Shown here piece by piece: positions 16,999 through 26,227 of a DNA stretch of 64,000 nt (position 1 is the first letter of the stretch; every line of letters starts with the position of its first letter). The notes under the pieces were generated by a model. It was not told the origin of the DNA. It ran no database searches and saw nothing but the letters and a program-made list of their open reading frames with translations. Origin of the DNA: an uncultured Actinomycetes bacterium (GTDB lineage Bacteria > Actinomycetota > Thermoleophilia > RBG-16-64-13); the NCBI GenBank assembly GCA_963841735.1, contig CAWJDT010000001.1:608001-672000 (forward strand). The letters run 5' to 3'. A program made the position numbers and the translations under genes.

Positions 16999-19900
16999 TC
17001 ACCAGGATACCCGCAACGCGGGATCACCAAGAAGATTGTATGTCAGCAACAGCGGAGCCGGCACAGCCTCAGCGGCGGCCTGGCCCATAGCCGCCCGGAT
17101 GACGTCGCCCAGCACCACTTCGTTCTCGGGCCCAAACATCAGTTCGGCAAAGATCGCGCCCAACCTCGCCGAAGCGATGCTGTCTTCCATGGCCGCGGGC
17201 GCCCATACCCCTATGGCGCCGGCGCCCTGCTGTTTAACCAGGGTCTCGCCAAGACCATCGTAGCCGGGAAGCCCATACTGCCCCACTTTGCAGGTGAACG
17301 CGGTCACCAGTGAAAGCTTCACTCCGGACGGCAGACCGGCGACGTCGGCGCTCGTAAGGAGTGCCTCGTCGGCCATCTGATCCTCGCCGCCGTGGCCCAT
17401 GAAGTTGACCAACAGCGTACCATTGCCCAGAGCATCCAAGAGCGCCGGACGAACCTGCTCCGCGGGGAGAAGATCAAGGTAGGCTTTGGAGACCTGCAGC
17501 GAAGAAGGCAGTCCTACGGCGATTGTCTCGCTGTCGGCCGAGAAGTTGCCCCCCCCGTCCTGGTCATCGGCGGCGAGCAGCACTTTCGAGTCACCGCCGG
17601 CTCCGCCGGCAGCCTCATAGGCTTCGATCTCCGCCCGAGCGGCGTCAAGATCGCCCGGCACAAGCGCGGGGATCCTACCGATGGCCACATCGGGCACGCC
17701 ATCGCCGCCCACTACGTCGGCAAGCCGAACGTCAGAGGGAACCAAGCCGAACTCAGTGTCAACCAGAAGCGGCGGCACTATGGAGTCGCCCGCGCCCACG
17801 TTGTTCTTATAGTCATAGCTGCCTTCGCCGGCCAAGACAACGTACCGGGGAGCAGGGGCCCAGGACGCCAGTGCGTACTTGATGAAGCTCCTGATGGCGT
17901 ACGGACTCTTTACTCCGCTGTTGAACTCATCGTAGATCTGGGTGGTAGTCACCACAGCCGTCCTGAGTCCCTGGCCCGACCGGTAGGCCGCAAGGCGACC
18001 GGCAGCTTCAGCGAACTCCGGAGCGGTTATCAAGATGTATTCGGCCCCGCGTCCCGAGTCCCGCAGGCTCGAGCCCTGAGTCGCCGTAATGGCATCAGGG
18101 CGCATAGCTCCAGCGGCGGTCACAACCAGATACTGGCGGCTCTTGGCGGCAGCGAACTTGACCCAAGCGGCCCCGGCCTCGCCACCCGAACCCGCGAGCG
18201 AAACGAGTGCGGGAGTGAGCGGCTTGGCCAGATCGAGCACCCAGGCCTCCGCGGCGCTGAGCCCTGTTACTTCGACCAGACCCGTGGACGGCGCCTTGAA
18301 GAGCAAGCGATCGTCCACAGCGCTGGTGGAGCGCAGATAACTGATGTCAAAGGAGTCGACCCCGAACATGCTATGGCCGATTCCGCCATCTAACACTGCC
18401 GTCACCACGATCTCGTTCGCTCCGGCCAGCAGCACCCCGGCCGGTATGTCAAGGGTCGCTCTATGAACCGTTGTGCCCATCCATCGCTCGTCGCCCAGAC
18501 CGGTGCCGTTCAGCGCGATAGCGGCGTGATGCTCGCCCGTCTGACCAGTCGTTGTAAGCCCTCTAAGCACCACGTCAAGCTGCAACCCAGCCTGCGCGCC
18601 TTCAGCTGCTTCGAAGACGAAGGTCTTCGTCGCCATGGGAGCGAAGCCGGCGACCATGTAGCTCCACAGCCAGAAGTCGCCATCGACCTGATGGAACTGC
18701 TCGGTGATAGGCAGGGCGTCATCCTCCGCATGGACCAGCTCGACGTATTGCGTCTGGCCGATGGCACTTGTGACCACCGTCTTGGCTGCCGACATCAACG
18801 TTCCCCTGCCCACCGCCAGCCAATAGACGTTTTGGGAGGCATACACGCTATCCAGGGCTTGGCCATAGAAGAACAGAGCCGAGCCGTCACTGGCTGGAAG
18901 ATAGGCCACAGTGCGGCCTCGATTGGTGATATTGACACCTTTTGTGCGGAGGAGTTGACGTGCCCGCTGTTCGGTCACGCCAAGACCGCCCACGAGGTCC
19001 GCGGCCTCTACTCGGTAGAGGCCCGAAGCCGTCACTTCGATCCGCAGTCTGTCCCCGGCCACGGCTTCCACCAGCACCGACTCGCTCACCACATCTCGCG
19101 AAACAGCTTCGTGTGACTGCGCCTGCTTGGGTGCCCGCGCCACCTCATTGCCGCGGGCCAATTCGTCAGCGGCCTCTCCGGCAGGCAGAGGTCCCGTCGC
19201 CGTCACTTCGTATGGTCCGTAGATGCGCTCGGCACCCGACATCTCCACTTCCACCAGACGGTAGGTCAGAGCCTGCCCGGCTGCGCCTCCGCGGTCCAGC
19301 AGGCTGTAGGAGCCGCCCGCGGACGATTCCAGAAGTGCCGGGACGAGTGCTCTGTTCACTCTCGACCACCGGCCGGTCTTAATGTCCAGCCGCTCCACGA
19401 AGAAACCGGCCGTGTTGGCCTCGCTCGCGGTCCCCCAGGTCACAACCACCCCTCCCTTGGCGGTGTGGGCTTCAAATTCACTCACAACCACCACTGTCGG
19501 GGAAGTCCTGTATAGACCGGCATCCATGTCGCGAAGTCGTTCCCCCCCGTGTAAGGTCACAACGTCGGTTCGGCCGGTGCTTGGATCGGGATCACTGTCC
19601 TTGGCGTCGTCGCCCCCTTGATCTTTCGGCGAAAACACGGTGCCGTCGGGAAGCGTGAACTGGACTCTGTAGTCTCCGGGAGGCAAGCCAGTGAACTCGT
19701 AGAAACCGTGTTCGTCGGTCCACATGAGCATCGGATCGCCGTTGACGTAGTACAGGTTGTCTCCCGCGCCGTTGAGAAGCCGCACGGGGACGCCCTCAAT
19801 GACGGGTTCGTAGGCATCTTGGATGCCGTCCATGTCGTCGTCGTGCCACACGTAGTCGCCGATACGGCCTTTGAGGAACACCTTGTCCTCAACCGGGTCA

Positions 19901-22671
19901 GTCCATCCTAGTGCCCGCGCCGTCCCATTGTTGTATATGGCCAGGGTGCCCGGAGTCAATTGGGCGTAATCATCGATGATCACCCGGAAGGTCACGGTGA
20001 CGTCGTGGCCCGGCATGAGAGTGCCTACGTTATAGCCGCCTTCGTCCAGGGGATAGGGCGTTCCAGACGTGTTGTCAGGAATGTGGGTCGTCCCTATGTA
20101 GGTGCTCTGAGGCACATAAGTGGTATCGGCCGGGATAGTGTCCGAAACGACGACATCGGGCACCGGGATGCGGCTGACGTTATACACCGCGATGGGCCAG
20201 ACTATTTCGTCCCCCGGACTGATGTACCCGTCGCCGTCGAGGTCACCCGAATACCCGTTGGCAGGGTTGTCGTCGTCGTCGTAGAGCAGGCCGTCTTTAC
20301 CGGCCGTGAATTCCGGCATGGGCGGCACGCTCGTGCCCACATCCAGACCGGGCGCTCCGGCTTCAGAGGTCTGCGGGTCCTGCCCCCATGCCACCGCCAA
20401 CTTGACAGAAGAGTCCAGGGTGTAGAGGAGCAGCCCCGTCTGATCGTTCTTGGCGACGATCGGGTTGATGGGAACAGCCCCGATGGCCCAGGGATAGCTC
20501 GTATCCGAGGTCCAACTCATCGTGGTCGTGCTCCCGGTCGCGGTCTCGATGCTGCCCGCCCCTACTAGGCGGCGGTCGGAGTTGTTCTGTTCGGTGCGGG
20601 AGAACTGCTGCCACAACTCCGCCTGACCGAGACCGACGGTTAACGCACTCGGGCTGTTTCGGCCAACGCTCATAGCAGCCACGGCATCGTACACGACCTG
20701 CCCCGCGGTGGTGGCCGCGACCACACTCTGGGTGGTGAGGGTATCGGTGCTCCTAGACTCGGAGACGTAGGTGCCCAGAGCCGAGACCAGGCCGCCGGAC
20801 ACGTTGACCCCGCTGAAGGTCGTCACGCCCACCGAGAAAGTGCGAGTGCCACCCAGGGTCACTACCACGTTCGCCGTGCCCGGTGTCGGATTGGCCAGAG
20901 CCCAGATTTCTGTCTGAGGCCGGGCGTTGGGTCTTCCGGCTCCACCTTCGGGGGCCATGACCCTTCCGACGAGACTCAGGCCTGTGCCTCCGTACGTCAC
21001 CGCTGCGTTGTATTGGTTGTCCGCATCGTTGCCTATGGCAACCGAAACCAGCATGAGTCGGTTGGGGAGAGAGCCGGTCGTGTGCGAGACCGACAGTGAC
21101 GTCGCCGTAGCACCATCGGCGCCGGTGCTGCGCGAACTGGTGGCGTCAACGGCCATCCCCCGGACGTACACCCTTGCCTGCTCCAATTCCTTCAGACTGT
21201 AGGCGGCGTCGTATCCATTGCCGCTCGGGTCGGTCAACGCGCCGGTCGTCGGATCGGCGTCATAGTCCACGTACACGGTGGTCGCGGTGTCACCGTTGCC
21301 GACCGGCGTGACCCAGATGGGGTTGCCGTTTTCGGTCGGGTTGGTGGGAGAGTTCGGATCGCGACCGATGCCCAGGCCCACCAGAGCCTCAGTGGTCAGC
21401 ATGGTGCTGGGAATCATGGTGTAGCTCCAGTCCCAGGCCTGGTTGTAGTCGACGGATGTGCCCGCCGCATCGGTGGTCGAAAAGGCATAGAAGGGGGCGC
21501 CAGAGCTATAGAAGCTCGAACCGGTGCCGTCGGTCGCGTTCTCCAGGATCTGTTTGTACACTCCGCCGGCCGGGACCGTGACGGCACTGGTGATCCTCAC
21601 TCCCGATGTGTTCCGGCGCTGATACGTCACGCTGATGGAGCTGGTCCCGGGGTTGTAGAGCCAGACCACCGTCCGCTCGTCTCCGGCGTTGGTGGTGACG
21701 TTGGGGGTGGAGACCGGAGTGTAGTAGCGACTCGCCCACATGTCCGTCGGGATCAGGGCCGAGTCACGGCTCTCGTAGTTGGAGGCGACATCGCCCGTCA
21801 GGATGTCCACCTGCACCGGCTTGTCTGAGGTCACATGACCGCCCACTGAGATGTTGGCTACATACGTGCTGTCGCCCTCGTCGAGAGTCAGGGTGGTCTC
21901 AAAGGTCCCGTCGCCGCCGGCGTCGATGCGCACCGTGGTCGCGTCCTGACCGGCCATGATCGAGAGAGCTGTGTACTCGAACATCTGGTAGTCGACGTTG
22001 TCGGCCAGGTTCACGCCCACCGGAGCGCGATAGTCGGTGCCCCAGTTGTTGGTGTCGAACACCTCCACACACCCGGCGAAGAGGGTACCGGTCGCCCCAG
22101 CCCAGCTTGTGCGGGTCATGGCGATGGTCTTGGTGGCCGCCACCTTGTCGCCGCCGTCGAAGTCGATCACCGTCTGCCGCGTGGTGGTGGTGACGTCGTT
22201 GTGCAGGTCGATCAGATCCCCGGCGTTAATGACGTCGCTGGGGATGCCGGGGGGAGCACCGTTGGCCGGGTTACCGTCGCCCCAGATCTGCGTGCCGTCT
22301 AGGTTACCGGTGCTATAGGTGTCCAGCGTGTTGGCTATATCGACGTCGTAGCCGTTCTCCCACTGGTCATAGTAGATGATCGTGCCGTCGGCTACCGCCG
22401 TGATGGTGACGTAACCCGTGATGGGTTCGGTCGGCGCGTCGCTCGGCCCCCCGTTCTCCACCGCCCTAAAGAAGGTCAGCAACTCGTTCTCGGGCAAAGG
22501 AACATAGAAGAACTGCACCGGCATGGCCTGCACGCTCGAGGCCAGCCCCAGTGCCAACGCAATCGCCAGGATCAGGCCGCAGACAAGAGCGACACCCTTC
22601 CGGGCGGCCGCCCTAGACGGGGGAAAGCGACGTATTCCGCTGTCACTCCGTGATTCTGCCCAACCTCGCAT
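16999..22671 (-). CDS. Giant secreted protein (about 1890 aa): adhesin-like N-terminus, DUF11-like and SdrD-B-like domains, C-terminal C25 (gingipain/PorU-like) cysteine peptidase
   Basis: GGGAGG RBS; signal peptide ending VQA; GDEIVWPIAVYN..VVVSDTIP; IGDYVWHDDDMDGIQD; YILIT, IYDEF, YVVLAGE, AIGRIP, NFMGHG (His), AFTC (Cys), YNLLGDP. Confidence 0.85.
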   Translation of the reverse strand: MRGWAESRSDSGIRRFPPSRAAARKGVALVCGLILAIALALGLASSVQAMPVQFFYVPLPENELLTFFRAVENGGPSDAPTEPITGYVTITAVADGTIIYYDQWENGYDVDIANTLDTYSTGNLDGTQIWGDGNPANGAPPGIPSDVINAGDLIDLHNDVTTTTRQTVIDFDGGDKVAATKTIAMTRTSWAGATGTLFAGCVEVFDTNNWGTDYRAPVGVNLADNVDYQMFEYTALSIMAGQDATTVRIDAGGDGTFETTLTLDEGDSTYVANISVGGHVTSDKPVQVDILTGDVASNYESRDSALIPTDMWASRYYTPVSTPNVTTNAGDERTVVWLYNPGTSSISVTYQRRNTSGVRITSAVTVPAGGVYKQILENATDGTGSSFYSSGAPFYAFSTTDAAGTSVDYNQAWDWSYTMIPSTMLTTEALVGLGIGRDPNSPTNPTENGNPIWVTPVGNGDTATTVYVDYDADPTTGALTDPSGNGYDAAYSLKELEQARVYVRGMAVDATSSRSTGADGATATSLSVSHTTGSLPNRLMLVSVAIGNDADNQYNAAVTYGGTGLSLVGRVMAPEGGAGRPNARPQTEIWALANPTPGTANVVVTLGGTRTFSVGVTTFSGVNVSGGLVSALGTYVSESRSTDTLTTQSVVAATTAGQVVYDAVAAMSVGRNSPSALTVGLGQAELWQQFSRTEQNNSDRRLVGAGSIETATGSTTTMSWTSDTSYPWAIGAVPINPIVAKNDQTGLLLYTLDSSVKLAVAWGQDPQTSEAGAPGLDVGTSVPPMPEFTAGKDGLLYDDDDNPANGYSGDLDGDGYISPGDEIVWPIAVYNVSRIPVPDVVVSDTIPADTTYVPQSTYIGTTHIPDNTSGTPYPLDEGGYNVGTLMPGHDVTVTFRVIIDDYAQLTPGTLAIYNNGTARALGWTDPVEDKVFLKGRIGDYVWHDDDMDGIQDAYEPVIEGVPVRLLNGAGDNLYYVNGDPMLMWTDEHGFYEFTGLPPGDYRVQFTLPDGTVFSPKDQGGDDAKDSDPDPSTGRTDVVTLHGGERLRDMDAGLYRTSPTVVVVSEFEAHTAKGGVVVTWGTASEANTAGFFVERLDIKTGRWSRVNRALVPALLESSAGGSYSLLDRGGAAGQALTYRLVEVEMSGAERIYGPYEVTATGPLPAGEAADELARGNEVARAPKQAQSHEAVSRDVVSESVLVEAVAGDRLRIEVTASGLYRVEAADLVGGLGVTEQRARQLLRTKGVNITNRGRTVAYLPASDGSALFFYGQALDSVYASQNVYWLAVGRGTLMSAAKTVVTSAIGQTQYVELVHAEDDALPITEQFHQVDGDFWLWSYMVAGFAPMATKTFVFEAAEGAQAGLQLDVVLRGLTTTGQTGEHHAAIALNGTGLGDERWMGTTVHRATLDIPAGVLLAGANEIVVTAVLDGGIGHSMFGVDSFDISYLRSTSAVDDRLLFKAPSTGLVEVTGLSAAEAWVLDLAKPLTPALVSLAGSGGEAGAAWVKFAAAKSRQYLVVTAAGAMRPDAITATQGSSLRDSGRGAEYILITAPEFAEAAGRLAAYRSGQGLRTAVVTTTQIYDEFNSGVKSPYAIRSFIKYALASWAPAPRYVVLAGEGSYDYKNNVGAGDSIVPPLLVDTEFGLVPSDVRLADVVGGDGVPDVAIGRIPALVPGDLDAARAEIEAYEAAGGAGGDSKVLLAADDQDGGGNFSADSETIAVGLPSSLQVSKAYLDLLPAEQVRPALLDALGNGTLLVNFMGHGGEDQMADEALLTSADVAGLPSGVKLSLVTAFTCKVGQYGLPGYDGLGETLVKQQGAGAIGVWAPAAMEDSIASARLGAIFAELMFGPENEVVLGDVIRAAMGQAAAEAVPAPLLLTYNLLGDPALRVSW

Positions 22672-22738
22672 GGTCCCTCCCTTGTCCAAGGCTCCCCCAA
22701 GCCTGACGATCCGTGCACAGATACTTCTATTTGGAGCG

Positions 22739-22766
22739 TTATCGGCCAACACTTCGTTTACTTAAG
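22739..22766 (-). promoter_or_regulatory. Sigma-28 (FliA/SigD/WhiG)-type promoter of the C25-RiPP cassette
   Basis: Minus strand CTTAAG-N14-GCCGATAA, with an exact -10 consensus about 67 nt above the ATG. Confidence 0.6.
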
Positions 22767-22967
22767 CATTTCCGCGCAACCGGCCCACCGGAAGTCACGA
22801 ATACCTACCTATTCAAGGACAGATACGCCCCCCATCCAGGTAACCCTGCCCGGCACCGGCTTCGGCCTCTCGCAGCCGCGGCCACAGTCTGGCGCTCCGC
22901 TCCCCGTCGCGGTACCCTTACGGGCAGCACGGTTACGCCGTCGCAGCATCGATTGCAAGGAGTGGCC

Positions 22968-23555
22968 GTGTCAGAACCATCCGCGAACAAAGGGGCCTTC
23001 TTCAAGCGCAGAGTGCCACTGAAGGGTGTCTTGGCACTGGTCGCCGCGATGTTGGTCATTATGGTCGCTATCGTGGTCGTCCTGGTTCTGGTGGATCACG
23101 ATAGGGATGAGGCACGCCGGTTGGCTGCCGCCGCCGCGACCACCAGCACGGTCATGACGTCGCCTTACGACTTCTCCGAACTGCCTGACAATACCAACCT
23201 GGAAGCGCTGGAGAACGCCACGATGGTCAGTATCTGGATCGCCGACGGCCATGACGCTCCTACCGGTTATGGCCTCAGTTCCGATCTTCCCGCCGCGCAG
23301 GCCCTGAGCGCGGCTATCCGCCATGCTGACGAGTTGGGCTCCGACGAGGCCGCGCCGCTCACGGCAGCTTTTGCCGATGCGGCAGCCGCGGGCGAGGCGG
23401 CCACCTCCACCATCACGTTTCTCTTTGCCGATCGCGGCACTCTCACTTTCTTCCTCGACCTCGACCAGGGAGTCGTGGCCCGGGGAGAGCGTGTTTGGCG
23501 CGCGGTCGGAGACCTCCGAGCTTTGCTGGACGTCGCCCTGGCGGGAAACCAGTAG
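22968..23555 (+). CDS. Hypothetical membrane-anchored protein
   Basis: AAGGAG RBS before GTG; a single long hydrophobic helix then a soluble domain; no family recognised. Confidence 0.6.
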   Translation: MSEPSANKGAFFKRRVPLKGVLALVAAMLVIMVAIVVVLVLVDHDRDEARRLAAAAATTSTVMTSPYDFSELPDNTNLEALENATMVSIWIADGHDAPTGYGLSSDLPAAQALSAAIRHADELGSDEAAPLTAAFADAAAAGEAATSTITFLFADRGTLTFFLDLDQGVVARGERVWRAVGDLRALLDVALAGNQ

Positions 23556-23722
23556 CTTGGCGCCGCCGTCCAAGCTCTGTCGAGGCAACACCTACTCCGG
23601 GACCCTACGCGACCGCCGGAAGGGTACAATCTCCATGGACATCTTCGCGGCTCAGTGTCGCGGCCTCGAAGTGATTGCGCTCAAGACCGCCGGGTATCGG
23701 CTCACGGGATTGGAGGGGCATC

Positions 23723-24823
23723 ATGCCCGACAGGCTCTACGGCCCGCTCGATCAGATCGCCGGGTCGACTAGGACAGTGGAAGGCGCCCCAGCGACTAGA
23801 GCCGGCCACGCCGCAGAGGCGGCGGGCAGAGCGCATGCCACAACCGACACAGCGCTCGACGTGCTCCAAGACGACGAGATGCGCTATGTGGCTCACCAGG
23901 CCAACCGGATTGCCACCAGCATCACCTCAGTCATCCTTGGCAAGGAGGAGGTCGTCCGGGCCTGCGTGGTGGCACTCATGGCTGGGGGTCACGTAATAGT
24001 GGAGGACTTCCCCGGGGTGGGCAAGACCCTCCTGGCGAAGTCTCTAGCCCGCTCCATAGACTGTCGCTTCGCCCGCGTCCAGTTCACCCCCGACCTGCTC
24101 CCCAGCGACGTCACCGGCGTCAGTGTGTTCAACCAGAAGACCGGGGAGTTCGAGTTCCGAGCCGGCCCGATCTTCGCAAACATCGTGCTTGCCGACGAGA
24201 TCAACCGCGCCTCCCCCAAGACGCAGTCCAGCCTGCTGGAGTGCATGGAAGAGCGCCAGGCCACCATCGACAACGTCACGCATCCCATCGCCGCGCCCTT
24301 CATGGTCGTCGCCACACAAAACCCCATCGAATACGAAGGCACCTACCCTCTGCCCGAGGCCCAGTTGGATCGCTTCATGATGCGGCTCAGCATGGGCTAT
24401 CCCACGCCAGAGGCAGAAGAAGACATAATCAGCGAGCAGACCTCCCGCGACCCCCTGTCCGCACTCAAGCCGGTAGTGGACGGATCCGACGTGCTGGCTA
24501 TGACCCAAGCGGTCACACGCGTAAGGGTGGCTCCGGCTCTGCGCCGCTACGTCGTGGATATCCTGACGGCCACCCGCGGGCAACGCGATGTGTACTTGGG
24601 CGCAAGCCCCAGGGCCGGCGTCGCGCTGACCAGAGCGGCCAAAGCCTTGGCCCTCTTGCGCGGACGCGACTTCGTGGTACCAAAGGACATCAAAGACCTG
24701 GCCGTGCGCTGCCTGGCCCACCGCATAATGATGGCCCCCGACGCCAAAGTCCACGGGGTGAGCGCCGAGTCTCTGGTCGCGAAGCTGCTTGAGACAGTAC
24801 CTGTGCCTCAAGGCGGCGGGTAG
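23723..24823 (+). CDS. MoxR-family AAA+ ATPase
   Basis: EDFPGVGKT, RVQFTPDLLPSD, LADEINRA, TQNPIEYEGTYPLPEAQLDRF. Confidence 0.95.
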   Translation: MPDRLYGPLDQIAGSTRTVEGAPATRAGHAAEAAGRAHATTDTALDVLQDDEMRYVAHQANRIATSITSVILGKEEVVRACVVALMAGGHVIVEDFPGVGKTLLAKSLARSIDCRFARVQFTPDLLPSDVTGVSVFNQKTGEFEFRAGPIFANIVLADEINRASPKTQSSLLECMEERQATIDNVTHPIAAPFMVVATQNPIEYEGTYPLPEAQLDRFMMRLSMGYPTPEAEEDIISEQTSRDPLSALKPVVDGSDVLAMTQAVTRVRVAPALRRYVVDILTATRGQRDVYLGASPRAGVALTRAAKALALLRGRDFVVPKDIKDLAVRCLAHRIMMAPDAKVHGVSAESLVAKLLETVPVPQGGG

Positions 24824-24826
24824 ACG

Positions 24827-26211
24827 ATGCCTCACCCGACCGGCCGGGGCTACACCCTTCTTGCCCTAGCCGCCGTGACCTACCTGGCCGCACGGCTGGT
24901 CGGCACCTGGGAGCTCTTCATGCTCGCCTTCACGCTTCTCGCGGTCGTCTTGCTCTGCTGGCTGCTGGTGACCCTGACCGGCCGGCGAACGAGCGTAGTT
25001 CGCACACTCGCCCCCGATCAACCTGTCGCGGGAGACGAGCCCGAGATCGTCTCGACGATCAAGAATGAATCCTTCTTGCCGGGACCGCAGCTGACGCTGC
25101 GTAGTCGCTTGGAGGGGCTGAGCGGCGCGAATCTCGAGGCAGAGGTGGAGAGTCTGCGTCCGCGCGGTGAGAAGGTGATCAAAGCCCGCATCGAGGTGGT
25201 CAACCGAGGCGTGCACTATCTGCCCCCCCTGAGGCCATCGCTGAGGACCCCTTGGGAGTGGCGCGGGCCGTCCACCGGACAGGTGACCCGCTGACGGTGA
25301 CCGTCCTTCCCAAGGTGGCGCTGCTCGAATCGTGTGCGCTACACCCGGATATCGGCCTGCGGCACGACTGGGCCGGCCGGCAGGGGCTTAGCACTTTTGG
25401 GGCGTCGGAATTCCGGGGGATCCGGCCGCACCAGCCCGGAGAGCCACTCAGCCACATCGATTGGAAGAGCACGGCCAAAACCGGCATCCTGATGCTCCGC
25501 GAGATGGACGAACCCGCCGGCGCCGACATCACCTTGTTGCTCGACGGCACCAAGGCCCAGGTGTCGGGAGAACCGCCAAACAACAATTTTGAGTTGGCCG
25601 TGAGAGCGGCGGGCAGCATAGGAGACTTCCTTCTCCGCGCAGGTCACGGGCTCAGACTACTCTGCCACGAGCACGCGTGGAGACGTGAGCGCCTCACAGC
25701 CGACGAAGGCGGTCGCCGCGCCCTGTTACAGGCACTGGCCGAGACGCAGCCTACCGCTGCCGCGCCGCTGGCCGTCGGCCTGCAGCGCCTCCGTACTGGT
25801 GACTCTCGTCTGCTCCGCGCACAGAGCATCACGGTCGTCAGCATGTCGCTGAGCCTCCAGCTGGTACGCACCCTGCTTGAGTTGCGCGACGAGAGCGCCC
25901 GGCCGGCCTTCGTGTATGTGGCCGGCGAATCGTTCGCCAAGGCGGACAACCCCTCCTCTTTGTTACCCTTCCTAGCGCCAAAGCGTTTCGGCGGCGCCGC
26001 GCACCACAACACAGCCGCCGCTAGCCCGATCGTACCGGCCGAACCTGCCGCGGGGGAGGAGGGCTCCGCCCTCTCCGCTGAGGCCGGCGCCCTCCTGCTC
26101 TCTCTGTCTTCCGCCGGTATCCCCTGCCTGACTCTCAACCGCGGCGATGACCTCACCGACCGGCTTTCCCTATGGCGCCCAGACCGCCGGGGCCAGGCCG
26201 CGGTGCTGTAG
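24827..26211 (+). CDS. DUF58 protein, frameshifted near 25230 (probable sequence error)
   Basis: Two ORFs join next to a C7 run to give ...EAIAEDPLGVAR...; EFRGIRPHQPGE..HIDWKSTA motif; canonical position between MoxR and a transglutaminase. Confidence 0.85.
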
Positions 26212-26227
26212 GCAGGGCCGGAATATC

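Noticed and set aside
23635-23772. Leaderless uORF after TACAAT overlapping the moxR start
   Set aside because: No recognisable protein features; moxR has its own GGAGG RBS, so this is probably just 5' UTR
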